A stretch of 64,000 bases of DNA from Schizochytrium sp. TIO01. Taxonomy: Eukaryota > Protista > Bigyra: Labyrinthulomycetes. Each line of letters begins with the position of its first letter. Within the stretch, counting starts at the first letter, position 1. This document shows positions 10,336-22,188 of this stretch, in pieces. The notes under the pieces are model-generated. The model saw only the letters and a program-made list of their open reading frames with translations. It ran no database searches and was not told the origin of the DNA. The DNA is taken from NCBI GenBank assembly GCA_004764695.1, contig SMSO01000006.1, positions 1,193,859 to 1,257,858 on the forward strand, in the 5' to 3' direction. The position numbers were made by a program, and so were the translations under genes.

Positions 10336-11060
10336 GCACTTTTTCTTCTTCTGTCATTGCTGGGTGCGTGTTATACCTGGCGATATCAAGTAGTACCAGT
10401 ACCAAAAAGTGCATGAAATAGTACTCTACAGATGCTGTCCCCGCCATTTGTGTACCCTCCCCCCTCGAATATCCGATACTACCTGCTATCGGATACCAAA
10501 TCGAAACCCGGCGTATATATTTTTTATAATCCAATGAAGCAAGTGTCTTTCTCCCTTTCAAACAATTCAAAACTGACCTGAGACAATTCTATAGTATACA
10601 CTTCATATTTTCATTTGGCTGTTGATGATTCTCCTCATCTGTAGTCTATGAATTCTTTAAAATATGCGAACGCATATGATAAAGAAGACAGTTTCTGCCG
10701 AATAAACTACTTCTGCTAATTCGTTGTAGGGCGAAAGTTTGCCTATGCTGACTTAATCGCGACAAAAATATGACTCTAGCTTTTATGTTGTGACTTAGGG
10801 TAATTTGGCCAACTCAAGCAGCTGCCCATGCTGCTACACGAGAGGTTCATTCTGTATGGGTCTGAATAAATGGAGTTATGAAGTAAGGCTTACACTCTTT
10901 CATAGTAACGGAGAAACCTCGCACATGATCAATTCTGTTTACGAAGCGAAAGGGCTGAGCCACCGCTGCAACAACAATTACTCAGTCGAAGGAGTAAACA
11001 AAAGAAAGAAGAAAACAAACAAAAGAACAAACAAACAAAAAAGCCAAGGTAGTATAACAT

Positions 11061-12311
11061 TCACACAACATAGCATAGGATAGCAGTCATGTTGTCTGCT
11101 TGGTTTCCGAAATGGGCGTGCGCGAGGCGCATGTTCACAGACATGAGTGCTTGGGCAGCCGGTTTACAGTCACCAGACTTGACGGTTGGATCAACAAGAT
11201 CTTCGCGTAGGGCCTCAACAACAACATCAGGATATTTGAAGTTATCCCACACACCATCTGTGCAGACAAGAAGGCATGATGGACCGGAGCTAGACTTGTG
11301 GAGATCGGCCAAGTTAATATCGCGAATCTCTGGCACACAACTTACACCAAAGCTGTTAAGATGATAATCAGCAAGGGATCGGGTAAAGGCCAAAGCGTCT
11401 TGAAAACGTGCCATTGGGCTGGGTGGTGTTGTGACGAGTGTCGCAAACTCGCTGCGAACATTTTTGAAATAGGAACCTCCATTAGTACGTCTGATTGAGT
11501 CGAAGTCTTCCTCGTCTACCTCGAAAATGGGAGGGCAGGTAGCCTTGCTCATGGAGGATGCATCGTAAACAAAGCGAAGCTGGGGCATACGGCCCGTATC
11601 ATCAGGTCTAAAGTTACGAATACGTTTGAACTCATCAACATTCTCTGGCGAGTGCTCAGCAGAGAGCTCTTCGTACAAAGGTTGACCATCGTGATCAAGA
11701 CCTCCCCAAAGCGCAGTAGAATCGCCAACATTGGCAACAATCATACGATTACTACCTCCAAACACAATCACAACCGTTGCTGTGGTACCACCGTGGGTGC
11801 ACGACCAGGCACTAGCGCTAGACTTCCGTTTGATCAAGTAGCCCTCCTCAGTTTCCTGAACCTGCCAGCCTGCCTTGAGATACTTCTCACGAAACTGATC
11901 TCGAATATTATCGTGAGCGGCGCGGAAGACCTTCGTGAGTGCAGCCTCAGGGTCCTCTGAGATTTTTTCCATGGTCTCTATCTGACTGAGGTGTTCATGA
12001 AATGTGTTACGCGCAATTTCAGCGGCCAACTCACCAAGCTCGCGACCGTGACCATCAAAGACGGCCATGACAAGGTTTTGTTCAACCATGAAAAAGTCGA
12101 ACTTGTCCTGATTCACAGCACCACCGCCAATATCAGTAGCAGAGGAGACAAGAAGACGAAGCCCAGAGGCAGCGCCGGCCTTGCCATCATCCTGGACAAA
12201 GGCCTGGTGTTCAACACCTTCTAGGGCAGCAAGATCATCAACAAACTGGTCAAAGTTCGAGGTCAGCTGCCTTGTAAGGGGCGCTGGGGGTTTTGGCATC
12301 TCATCCGACAT
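11061..12311 (-). CDS. PP2C/PPM-family Ser/Thr protein phosphatase
   Basis: Motifs NQD, VFDGHG, GTTA, ANVGDS, LAFTRSLAD, VCTDGVWD and DNMTA are all in order. First ATG (MSDEMPKPP) is at 12311. Confidence 0.92.
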   Translation of the reverse strand: MSDEMPKPPAPLTRQLTSNFDQFVDDLAALEGVEHQAFVQDDGKAGAASGLRLLVSSATDIGGGAVNQDKFDFFMVEQNLVMAVFDGHGRELGELAAEIARNTFHEHLSQIETMEKISEDPEAALTKVFRAAHDNIRDQFREKYLKAGWQVQETEEGYLIKRKSSASAWSCTHGGTTATVVIVFGGSNRMIVANVGDSTALWGGLDHDGQPLYEELSAEHSPENVDEFKRIRNFRPDDTGRMPQLRFVYDASSMSKATCPPIFEVDEEDFDSIRRTNGGSYFKNVRSEFATLVTTPPSPMARFQDALAFTRSLADYHLNSFGVSCVPEIRDINLADLHKSSSGPSCLLVCTDGVWDNFKYPDVVVEALREDLVDPTVKSGDCKPAAQALMSVNMRLAHAHFGNQADNMTAILCYVV

Positions 12312-15300
12312 GGTGTCCGGGGTTGGATTAGGCGTGGGTGCAGACCTTGTCTTTTTGCCAGTAGTCTTCCGGCAAGAAAACAAGGTAGCAAAAACGGGAG
12401 GACGGAAGTGATAAATGGAGGAGTCCCGAAAGGATTCACAGAAAGGAAATAGGAGAATCCGCAAGCAAGCGGACCTCTGTTTCTTTCTCTCCCGTTAAAG
12501 ATTGGGAATCAGTACCTCTTTAGCTTGAATTCAAGCACACGGTTAGACTCCCAAGAGTACCCTCAGAAGCTATATAGATAGTTCTCTGGCGGCGTTATCT
12601 ATCTGACTGCGTTTGCTAACAGTTGATCTAAGAAGAATAACAATGAACAAGGGCAAATTCGGATCCAGCAACAACGAAGGTGATCACAATGATCGTAACG
12701 AAATGTCAAATCAACTCAAAGAGCAAGACCCAACAGTAGCAACAATAATCTGAGCAAAAGGCAGATCACTAAATAAAGAGGCCCTCACTAGCTTTGAGAA
12801 ACCACGGACCCTCCGCAGTTTATTATCAAGTCAAACTTGAAACCTAGGCTGTAGCGCTATCCGTCTGTGTTGCAGGAAAGAAACCACGAATGCTTTCGTC
12901 ACCCGCGGTCAACGAAAGAGCAATAAAAGAAACTGCTCCTAAACTTTCAACGTGTCTACTTTATGTGCACAAACAATTCAATAACAAAGGTCAGTCAGCA
13001 AGTCCTTGGCGGAAAATTTAATCCAACAAAGAAAAAAAGAGGTGATGCAAGCAACAAAGCTTGGACGTCTTCCCAGTGAATTCTGGAGAGTTTTGAGTAC
13101 GTAATCCTTTCGTCAGACGCCAATTCACCGAACCTAGAGGGACGTACGAGTCGCTCGAAGTAAGCTCGTGCTGTTCCTTTTCCTAGCTACTCACTTTTTC
13201 AGCAAGTAAGAAAGTAAGTGCGTGAAAGAGTGTGAATGAGCAAATGAACGAGCGATGGACTTGCGGCCGTACTCAGGGATAGCCTCAGAACTCGCGTCTG
13301 GCACCTTTGACAGTTAATTATTCGAATGGCTTGCGTATGGGCGGCGCTCTCGACCAGGGCTGTCTCTGTAAGAGAGACTGAAGAGGAGGATGGATGCCTG
13401 TCCAAGTGAGCGAATGGAAATCCCTCACTCAAGCAACGAACGAGCAGGAGGACTATACCTCAACGACCGAACGAGCGCAGTCAGAGTCTCTGGGCACGAG
13501 GCCGAACCCCTGCGCAGAATCACGTACACGTACACGTACCCGCAGAGAGCGAGCAACCAAGCGACTGAGCAAGCGTAGCACGCCGGCCCCGTCGCTGCTG
13601 ATTCAAGTCTGGAGCGAAGGAGGCTCTGGCGTGGCAATCGTTGCTTAGTATACTCTACTTGTGGCGCCTTTTTGTTCTACTGTAACCCACCCCACTACAC
13701 TGCACTATACATACCGCAAGTCAACTACTCCAGAGGGGATAGCGCCCTAGGGCCCGCCTACTCCTGCACTAGGGCACCTGGGAAAAAGGGGAAAGAAAAG
13801 AAAAGGAAAGAAGAAACAAAGATATTTATTAGGCCTAGTATGCAAGCACGCCGAGGCCTAGCGATACCGCTAGGAGGGCCCTACGCGCCATAACAAACCG
13901 CGACGCGAGGCAGTTAGCGTGGGCCTAGCAGGTCTTAGGCGGTAGTTAGCAGTACTTGGGACTAAGCACTCGGGGAAAAAAGAAAAAGAAAAGAAGTCAA
14001 AGCGAAACAACTTTTAGAAGTTAAACTCGAAGAAAGATCGCAATGATCCTCTCCGCATGCTAATAAACCACTAGTGCCCACTAGTGCCTACCTACATGCC
14101 TCGATAGGTAATAGATACCTACCTACCTGCTAATAAGCACCCGCTCCTAGACGTTCTTCGTAGGTAGCTCGTAGCAGCGGCAACAGCTGAGATGATAGGT
14201 ATTATGGTCTAGATAGTGATAGTGACAATGATAGTGATAGAGATGAAGTACAATTTATCTAATGATGAGATATCGCTCAATCCTAAACAACCCAGCCAAG
14301 CATAAGCGACTCCTAGAGAGGCCTATGCTTCGACTGAGGTCAGAGCCGCATAGAGATAACTATGGATCACCTCTTGAGAGACTAATTAGAGACATACATA
14401 CATACATACATACATACTATCACTTAGTAAAGAGCGATCGAAGAGTTCATTTAACTCATCACATACATTACATACATACAGACAAACATATGTACTATCG
14501 CTGTGGCTTGCAACTCACCGCGACTAATTTGAAGGCTGACTAGGAAGGCAGCTGCTACGAGTGGCTGTCTCGCGTTCTTGCTGCCGTGGAATTAATCAAA
14601 CAATCTCTTCAGAGCTCAGCAGTTTAGTGCGTAGTTACTCCACTAATCTTGCAGGATGTAGTAGTTAGGCAACAACAAGTGATTCCGTGCTAGGACCCCG
14701 CCTACTGTTCCTAAAACCATGGCGAAAGAGAACGCAGAACGCACCTCCATTGTCCTTAATAGATAGAAAGTAAGCAGTGCTCAGGCTGTTTAACCTTACT
14801 GCAAGCCCTAGCAGGCAGTAGTGGTGGTAATTGTAGCAGTAGCAGTAACGAGGATAATGATAATACGGCAAGACTAGAAGGGTATAAAAGACGTGCATAA
14901 CCAGTGGTGGCTAAGACTGGTGGTCAAGGTTATTAAGATGGATGAGCATGGTGCCATACTCTAGACTGGAGGTAGAAGAAGCAGTATCTTGCTTTGTGAA
15001 ACTTGGCAATGCTTAGAAGGTCTACTACTCTTGTTCTGTTCAAGTCTACTTTTCGTTTTCTCTCACTTCACCCTTTCGTAAGACACTCTGTGGCACTACG
15101 TATAGGAAAACAAGCTATAGACTAGGTATTCCATTCTCATATTACTGTCAGTAGTAATACTCTTGAGCATTGTGCGATCAATCTCAGAGAGAGCTGTAGC
15201 TAGGAGCAACCTTTTGCTCAGAATTGGGCTTGACCCCTTCCGAAGGTACCAAGGCTTTGAGCACCAAACCGAAAAACACCGCATACGCTTTGAAGGGTCC

Positions 15301-16701
15301 AATCGCACATGGACGTAGCGTGATAGCGTGGACAGGTAAAACGAACTCAGGAGAGACCAGCTTCACTAGATTAGCTTAGCTTAGGTTAGCTGAGGTTAGC
15401 TTAGATTGCCCCCAAGACGCTCCCGGTTTGGGGAGTGGCGTTCTTTGGCTGCGGCTTTAGCTACGGCTGCTGATCTTGCTGCGATGAGTAGCCAAGCAGC
15501 CAAGCAACCAGAGAGCTTGACGGAGTATCCACTGACTCCAAGGAGCGATTCTCTGGTCACGTTTGATTCACAGGGTTAGTGCACGTGCACAGCTCACAAC
15601 CGATTGACGAACTCATTTATTCATTCATTCGCTCATAAATGTATGCATGCATGCATGCATGCAACGGAGTGGCAATTTGATGGTTTGAGTTAATTGAGTT
15701 ATTGCAAGAGCGGCTTGCTGGGCAAACTTGCGACGAGGAGTCGGCTGTGAAGAGCTGGGTAGCTAGAGCATCACTTGTCAAGGTGGATCATGATGGTCTG
15801 TTCGCGGATTTCCTCGCTGTTCAATCGATTGCCCGAGGCCTCCCTCAGAAGGACTTGGATTTGCTCGCCGTCACCAGCCTCAATTGGGGTTTGTGGCAGA
15901 GCCAGGTAGCTATTTGCTCAACCAATCCAACGGTGTCATTGATGTTTGCCAGGTGTGCTCTGTTCTGATGACGCCGACGAATTGCAAAATTCGGCGTGAG
16001 GACTTGCTTCCCTGTAAAGAAAGAAGGCGCAATCGCCAAGCCAAATCCGCGGATTCGAGGAAGCCCGCTGGGTAGCGTTCGCAATCATCGTGCCTGAACA
16101 TACCGAAGATTCCATGAGCGATTGCACCAGCAATGCCTGGCAACGCCACTTGGCCCCATTCAGCGGGCTATAAATTGCGAGTTTGCAATCTCACTCGCGC
16201 CATCCACATCTCCACGCGTCCCAAACGCCACACCGTTGAAGAGATCGTTGTCTCGTTCGTTCGAGTGCTCCTCCACAGACAATGCCAAGCGCTAGCACTC
16301 CAATACACACCTTTCGCGCATTTCTTGCCTCATTTCTCCAACCCTTCGCTAAGATCTTCATTTCTTCGACTCTGCCCAGGCTGTTATAAAGAGGCCAAGA
16401 ATCCAAGAACTGAGGCCTGTCCTGTGCAGGTGGATGCTGCCTCCCCTCAGAAGCAGAGCCCTTTCGAAAAGATCCCTCGCCCTTGAAGGATGTAAACCTT
16501 CTCATCGTCGCAGCAATCGTAGCTGATACGATACTTATTACGAAGGGCCCTCAGTAGGCACCCCTAATAGTCACTAGGCGCCTAGTATGGCGTAATCATC
16601 CCTTTGTTCCTCCTTCTTTGTGAACTGCCCAATGCTATTACTTACTTACTAACTAACTAACTAACGCACTAAACGCCCCTCATAGGGACAACGATAGCAA
16701 T

Positions 16702-16867
16702 AGGAATTGGAACAGGAACAGGAACAGGAACAGGAACAGGAATTAGAACAGGAATAGGAATATTGAAAGAGATCGCCATTGAGGACAGACAACAAACAAT
16801 CGATCCCAGTCTCGCGAGGGTCGCGCGCGAGATAGCAAGCAAGCAAGCAAGCAAGCAAGCGAGCAAG
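16702..16867. repeat. Simple repeats: (AGGAAC)n at 16702-16762 and (GCAA)n at 16834-16867
   Basis: Read directly from sequence. Confidence 0.9.
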
Positions 16868-18132
16868 GAGGCAAGGGAGGTACGCAAGCGCCGTCAGCCA
16901 GTGTGGCGGCGATCGAGCCTGCTGAGCCTGGCGATCTCGCGGAGATGGGGGCCGCGAGGTAGGTCACAAAGTCCTGCGGAGTCTTCCGTAGCGTGGCCCA
17001 AAAATCAGGATTCGTCCAAGATTTGTGTTCTTTATTTAGTTGTTCTTTATTTTATTTGTATACGGAGGGACTAAGAGAGAGAAAGAGAGAGAGTGCTTTT
17101 AGTGATCTGTTTAGTTATTTATTTATTTATTTGTCTATTCAGTCATTCAGTCATTGAATAACTGCATTGGCGCTACTGTGAAGGATACCATTTTTGTTTG
17201 TTTCTGTGTATGCTTTGTTTGGAAGGCATTCATATTCGTCCATGCGATAGTAAATTGCAGACACACTGTGAAGAAATTGTTTTACTCACTTGACTCATTG
17301 AAAAACCAACTGCGCCAAGCTCCAGGTAGAGAAAGGCCTAGCACCCGCTTAGTGCCTGCGAGGAAAGAAAGAAAGAGAGAAAGAAAGAGAGAGAGAAAGA
17401 AAGCTGAGAGGATCATGGTTATTAAGCTCTCTGTGGAGAGATGTGCGCAGACGATTTTGTTTCAGGATTCCTGCTCAATGCTCGGCTGGGCCTGAGAACC
17501 GAGATTAGAAGATTGATGGCCGACTTCAAAGAAGCAGGCCTGTCTGTCTGCAAGCTCAGGCGGGAAGAAGCCGCTGGAAACTCAGAGGAGAGAGCTTTTT
17601 AAGACGCCCAGCCTCAGTCCTCGAAGGCCTCCCTGTCTTTTGATAATTATGACCAAAGTGTAAAGGTGGGTTAAACTGCTTCTGGTGCCGTGTCACTGTT
17701 ACAAGACATCGAGACATCAAGAAAGGACTTTTTAACAGTATCTAGGAATGAGAGAGAGAGGAGTGAGTACAAATCGTAAGCAAACTCGAAGAGCAGACCC
17801 CAAATCCAGACGACACAAAGTTTATTGCAAAGGCTAGCGACAGTAAGTTCTGCTCACTGCGACAGACAGATCAAAGGCCCAGCTAAGTGAGGGCAGGATG
17901 ATGAGCTTGCGTGTGGTGGAACTGCGTGCGAGCGAACTCTAGAGCATGCGTGACCCAGGTCCGCTCTTGGCGAGGCGAGACGAAAATTCAGGCCAGTTCA
18001 CTAACGAAAAGCTCTTTTGTCTTTTGCTCTGTCTACTTCAACTTTGGCTTGACCTGTGCTCTTTTGTTTGTGTAAATACGCTACGCCAACATATAGCTTC
18101 GAAAGAGAATTTTCATAGTTCTAAATTCCAAG

Positions 18133-19389
18133 ATGATGATGCTCAACACTTCGGTCCGCAAGGGCGCCAAGAACCTCCTTGCCAAGGCTTCCCAGCAGCA
18201 GCGTGCCCTGGGAAGTACCCCATTCGACCTGTACAACCCTACCGATGAGCACCGTGCTCTGCGTCAGATGGTCCGGAAGTTCGCCGAGGATGAGGTGGAC
18301 CCGCAGGCACTGGAGTTTAACCGTCAGGAGAAGTTCAACATCGATCTCTACAGAAAGCTCGGAGATCTTGGTCTCCTCGGTCTGACCGTTCCGACCAAAT
18401 ACGGTGGTTCTGAGATGGACTGCACTGCCGTCTGTACTGTGCACGAAGAGTTGGCTGCCTCTGATCCTGCATTCTGCTTGAGCTACTTGGCCCATTCGTT
18501 GCTCTTTGTGAACAACCTCACGCGCAACGGCAGTGAGGAGCAGAAGCAAAAATGGCTCCCGGATTCTTGCAGCGGCAAGATCATTGGTGGTATGGGCATG
18601 TCTGAGCCTAACCACGGCACTGACGTTCTCGGACTCCAGACCTCTGCCACGAAGGACGGTGATGACTACATTCTCAAGGGATCAAAAATGTGGATCACAA
18701 ACGGATGCGTCGACGATAACACCCTCGGAGATATCTTCCTTGTCTACGCACGAACTGGACCCCGCGCCATCTCCCTCTTCCTTGTAGAGAAGGGTATGCC
18801 TGGATTCAGTCTCGGCCAGCGTATCAAGGACAAGTGTGGTATGCGCGCTAGTGCCACTGCCGAACTTGTTTTTGATGAGGTTCGTGTCCCTGCTGCCAAC
18901 CTCGTCGGAGAAGAGGGCGGCGCTGTCCTTTGCATGATGCGCAACCTCGAGGTTGAGCGCATCGCACTCGGTGCAATGAGCTGTGGTATCGCTCGCCGCA
19001 GCTTTGAGATCATGAACCAGTATGCCAAGGACCGCGTTGCCTTTGGTCAGCCCCTCACTGCCTTTGGACAGATTCAGAAGTACATTGGCGAGAGCTACTC
19101 TCAATACATGGCTGGCCGCGCCTACACCTACGATGTGGCGCAGCAAATCGATCTTGACAACTCTGGTAACCGTCTTGCCACCGATGGCGTCAAACTCTTC
19201 ACCACCACCATGGGTAAGATCGTTGCAGACAATGCTATTCAGGTCCTTGGTGGCGCCGGCTACATTGGAGATTACCAAGTCGAGCGTCTCTGGCGCGATG
19301 CTAAGCTTCTTGAAATCGGCGGCGGAACCCTGGAGTCTCATCACAAGAACATGGTGCGCGAGCTTTCCAAGATTAGCAAAATTGAGTAA
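18133..19389 (+). CDS. IVD: Isovaleryl-CoA dehydrogenase, mitochondrial
   Basis: 418-aa acyl-CoA dehydrogenase with CLSYLAHS, GMGMSEPNHGTD, GSKMWITNG, LEVERIAL, GGAGYIGDY and RLWRDAKLLEIGGGT. The IVD-type catalytic Glu lies in the L..ER motif. N-terminal presequence is basic and lacks acidic residues. Confidence 0.9.
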   Translation: MMMLNTSVRKGAKNLLAKASQQQRALGSTPFDLYNPTDEHRALRQMVRKFAEDEVDPQALEFNRQEKFNIDLYRKLGDLGLLGLTVPTKYGGSEMDCTAVCTVHEELAASDPAFCLSYLAHSLLFVNNLTRNGSEEQKQKWLPDSCSGKIIGGMGMSEPNHGTDVLGLQTSATKDGDDYILKGSKMWITNGCVDDNTLGDIFLVYARTGPRAISLFLVEKGMPGFSLGQRIKDKCGMRASATAELVFDEVRVPAANLVGEEGGAVLCMMRNLEVERIALGAMSCGIARRSFEIMNQYAKDRVAFGQPLTAFGQIQKYIGESYSQYMAGRAYTYDVAQQIDLDNSGNRLATDGVKLFTTTMGKIVADNAIQVLGGAGYIGDYQVERLWRDAKLLEIGGGTLESHHKNMVRELSKISKIE

Positions 19390-20328
19390 ACAAGCGAGTT
19401 GAAAAGCACACAAACAAACAACGAGCCGATGTCCCTCCTCATTTAAGTTCCTTACCTCTGTAACAGTTAGCTCTTTGCCTCTTCAAATATATTGTGCTGT
19501 TGTATGCTACCGTAACACACGCTAGGAGCCTACTGCAAACATGCCGAGCATCGTTCTCAAGATGTCTAATGCGGATCACCTCAGTATTTTCCCTTTCATG
19601 ATTTATTGTGAGATTCCCCTGAATGAATGCACACACAACATAGTTTATTTTCTCTCCACCTCTCTATTCCACATTTATATACAGCTCACGCGTAATGTTG
19701 CTGATCACATCCGTCATGAACCTGTGTTCCAGTTCTGCATCTTGCTTTTGGACTATGTTTCTTTCTTGATTCGCTGAAGATCCAAGTTTACCCAAAGCTT
19801 TTCTAAAGAAAAGGATATGACTTTAATTGACACAAAAGAGAGCATTTTAACGCACTTTTTCTAGAGGTGTCTCATCACGTGTTTCTTCCTATGAGCAGTC
19901 TTAGACATTGACAAACCCGCTAACAGAAATAGTAAAATAACTACAAACATCAGACGTATTGCTTTTATAGGCAATCTTATGAATTATGTTTGTAAATTGC
20001 CAAGTTCGTCTGCAAAAAGTCGTACTTATCGAAATGTGTGATCCCAGGATGATCCAGTTTACGAGAATTTTTTAGGAATTCATGTGACACGATTGAACTT
20101 TCATAAAGAAGTATCTCACAGCGTAGACGTAAAGAGCTCACAGTAGGTAGAGAAAATAGAAAAGAAAAGAAATATTATTTATATCAGGTCTGCACAATCA
20201 GAACTGAGTACGGATGATAATTGTACATGCATGCATCAAGGGGAACAGGAAATTGTCTAGCAACTTCTTCTTACAGATAAAGAATCCATTCAAAGAAGGC
20301 ACTAAGCATGAACGCATGCTTTTAGGTC

Positions 20329-20844
20329 TCAAACAAAGCGCGTCCTTTTACCCACAAGTGGTTTCGGACGTGTCTTGAAGAGAAGCTTCTGGCGTACAAT
20401 GCCCCGAATCGCAAAACGCGCACCACCTGCTGGCACCGAAGGTAAATCATCCGATGATGTACTTTCCACACGCTCCATGATCGCAAATGGTTTAGGAATC
20501 TTGACCACCTTGCCCTCCAAACGGTGTACACCAATCTCAAGAATTGGCAACCCGTTCTCAAATGTGAGGGCACCAAGTGTCTGGCCTGCAAGGCCTTCAT
20601 GCTGAAGCTTAATAACCTGCGTCTTCTTCACAGTTTCCTCATCTTCATTTGTCCGATCATTAGGAGAACCAATGTCCATATCACCAGAGTGATCTACCCC
20701 GCCCTCATCCAATTCATCGCGTTTTGCTACCGCTAGGGTGCCCTGGAGTTCTACCATGGCCCATTCAGGAGGACCCAACTCTGAGGATTGCCCATCAGCA
20801 GGCCATTGGCACAACGCCGTCGTCAGCGGTTGTGGCGCGGGCAT
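20329..20844 (-). CDS. CTF8: Chromosome transmission fidelity protein 8 (Ctf18-RFC subunit)
   Basis: EWAMVELQG, LEIGVHRLEGKVVKIPKPFAIM and IVRQKLLFKTRPKPLV match Ctf8. First ATG is at 20844. Confidence 0.88.
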   Translation of the reverse strand: MPAPQPLTTALCQWPADGQSSELGPPEWAMVELQGTLAVAKRDELDEGGVDHSGDMDIGSPNDRTNEDEETVKKTQVIKLQHEGLAGQTLGALTFENGLPILEIGVHRLEGKVVKIPKPFAIMERVESTSSDDLPSVPAGGARFAIRGIVRQKLLFKTRPKPLVGKRTRFV

Positions 20845-21116
20845 TTTAATCCTACGTAGGAATGCCAGTACCCCCAAAACGCCAAGGAGCAATCGTCTTA
20901 AGGAAAGGTTTTGTTGCAAGCGCAAAGAAGCGCAGTTAGCTCATGCTCCAACTTACTTTGAAGCAGAAGTCTTTACAGTTAAGCAAATATGGCGCAAAGA
21001 AGCGCCGAGTTATAAAATACTCCCGTAAATAAGGGTTGCGCAGAGTTTAGTAAATAACCTTTTCAAGTTTGGGGAGTAAAAATATAGAGGACGTGGCAAA
21101 CTTCGATCAAGCTCCG

Positions 21117-21148
21117 GACGCGAGGACGCGAGAACGCGAGAACGCGAG
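21117..21148. promoter_or_regulatory. Four tandem RACGCGAG octamers in the divergent CTF8 / Vma12 intergenic region
   Basis: gacgcgag gacgcgag aacgcgag aacgcgag read directly. A regulatory role is inferred only from position. Confidence 0.35.
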
Positions 21149-21435
21149 AGCGTAAGAGCTTGGGACCACCCGATAAGCAGCGACTGGAGAGTAGCTCATG
21201 AAGGTGGAGACCCCATAGGGGCTGAAATCTGAGCTAAGTCTAACTCACAGCCTGCTGATTGAAGATCTTTATTGGAAAGGAGGTAAACTTTTTGAAAGGC
21301 GTATCTTCAGTAGGATCGCCAGCACAGATAAATTGTCTGCGTAGAAAACCATTTCATTGCAAGTGTCAAGCATCAGTTTGAGAATAGATCCTGCGCAAAT
21401 TAGGCATTGAATTCATAAATCTCATCTCGGCCGAC

Positions 21436-22188
21436 ATGTCTGAGGCCGAAGAAATCAAGTTGCCCCCAGTAAGGCTAGCCCTTTCTCCGGGACTCCAGAC
21501 CGAAATCGAAAGCCTCCTGCAGCACAAAAACGAATTAGAAATCAAAGAAGATGACACGAAAATTTTAGAGCAGGTTCTTGATCAAGGGGGGCTTGGGAGT
21601 AAGGATCTTGCAGTGATCCTTCGTCTTCGTAAGAAGAAAGCAACTTCTTCAGGAAACTCAGAATCAAAAGCATCCCCTCGGAAAGGCCTCCTAGGACTAC
21701 TGAAAGTAGACAAGGGCAAAGGAGGTCTTATATTTCCTAAGCTTCCAGAGGCCAAGCCTAATCCAGAGCTTGAAAAGCGCCGAGCTTTGCTGATCGCTCG
21801 CCAGCAACGACGTGATTACGATGCTAGCGTCAAGAACGTTCGAGGTAAACAGCCTTCTCAAACAATGCGCGAGAGTATTTCTGAGGTCAGGCAAACTATG
21901 CGGGAGCTTTCAGTAGGATTTATGATGATCCTTGTCTGCGTAGCTGTATTTCTAGCTCTTAAGATGGTTGCTGATGCCCAAGGTCGCCCCCCTCATGTTG
22001 GCCTTCAGTGGGGGCTCTTTGGTGGATCCGCGATGCTTTTCGTGGAAATGATTCTCTATGCCATCCGCGCCACCCGTGCGGAGACATATTCACGCCAAGA
22101 GAAGGCTTTTCTGGACAGCCAGCCAACAAATATTTCACAATTTCCAATATTGCCCCGTAAAACCAACAACAAATCAAAGTCTTCTTAG
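21436..22188 (+). CDS. TMEM199: V-ATPase assembly factor Vma12/TMEM199-like
   Basis: LIFPKLPEAKPNPELEKRRALLIARQQRRDYDASVKNV resembles the Vma12 P..NPEL..R...L.......Y..M..NV motif. It is followed by two TM helices ending LFVEMILYAIR. Confidence 0.78.
   Translation: MSEAEEIKLPPVRLALSPGLQTEIESLLQHKNELEIKEDDTKILEQVLDQGGLGSKDLAVILRLRKKKATSSGNSESKASPRKGLLGLLKVDKGKGGLIFPKLPEAKPNPELEKRRALLIARQQRRDYDASVKNVRGKQPSQTMRESISEVRQTMRELSVGFMMILVCVAVFLALKMVADAQGRPPHVGLQWGLFGGSAMLFVEMILYAIRATRAETYSRQEKAFLDSQPTNISQFPILPRKTNNKSKSS

Noticed and set aside
15700-16510. Cluster of overlapping 60-117 aa ORFs on both strands
   Set aside because: No frame gives a recognisable protein, and several stops interrupt each. 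It may be a decayed gene, but that needs a homology search.
18682-19413. 243-aa antisense ORF (similarly 24808..25563 + and 54518..55123 -)
   Set aside because: These are shadow ORFs opposite well-supported genes, explained by codon bias.
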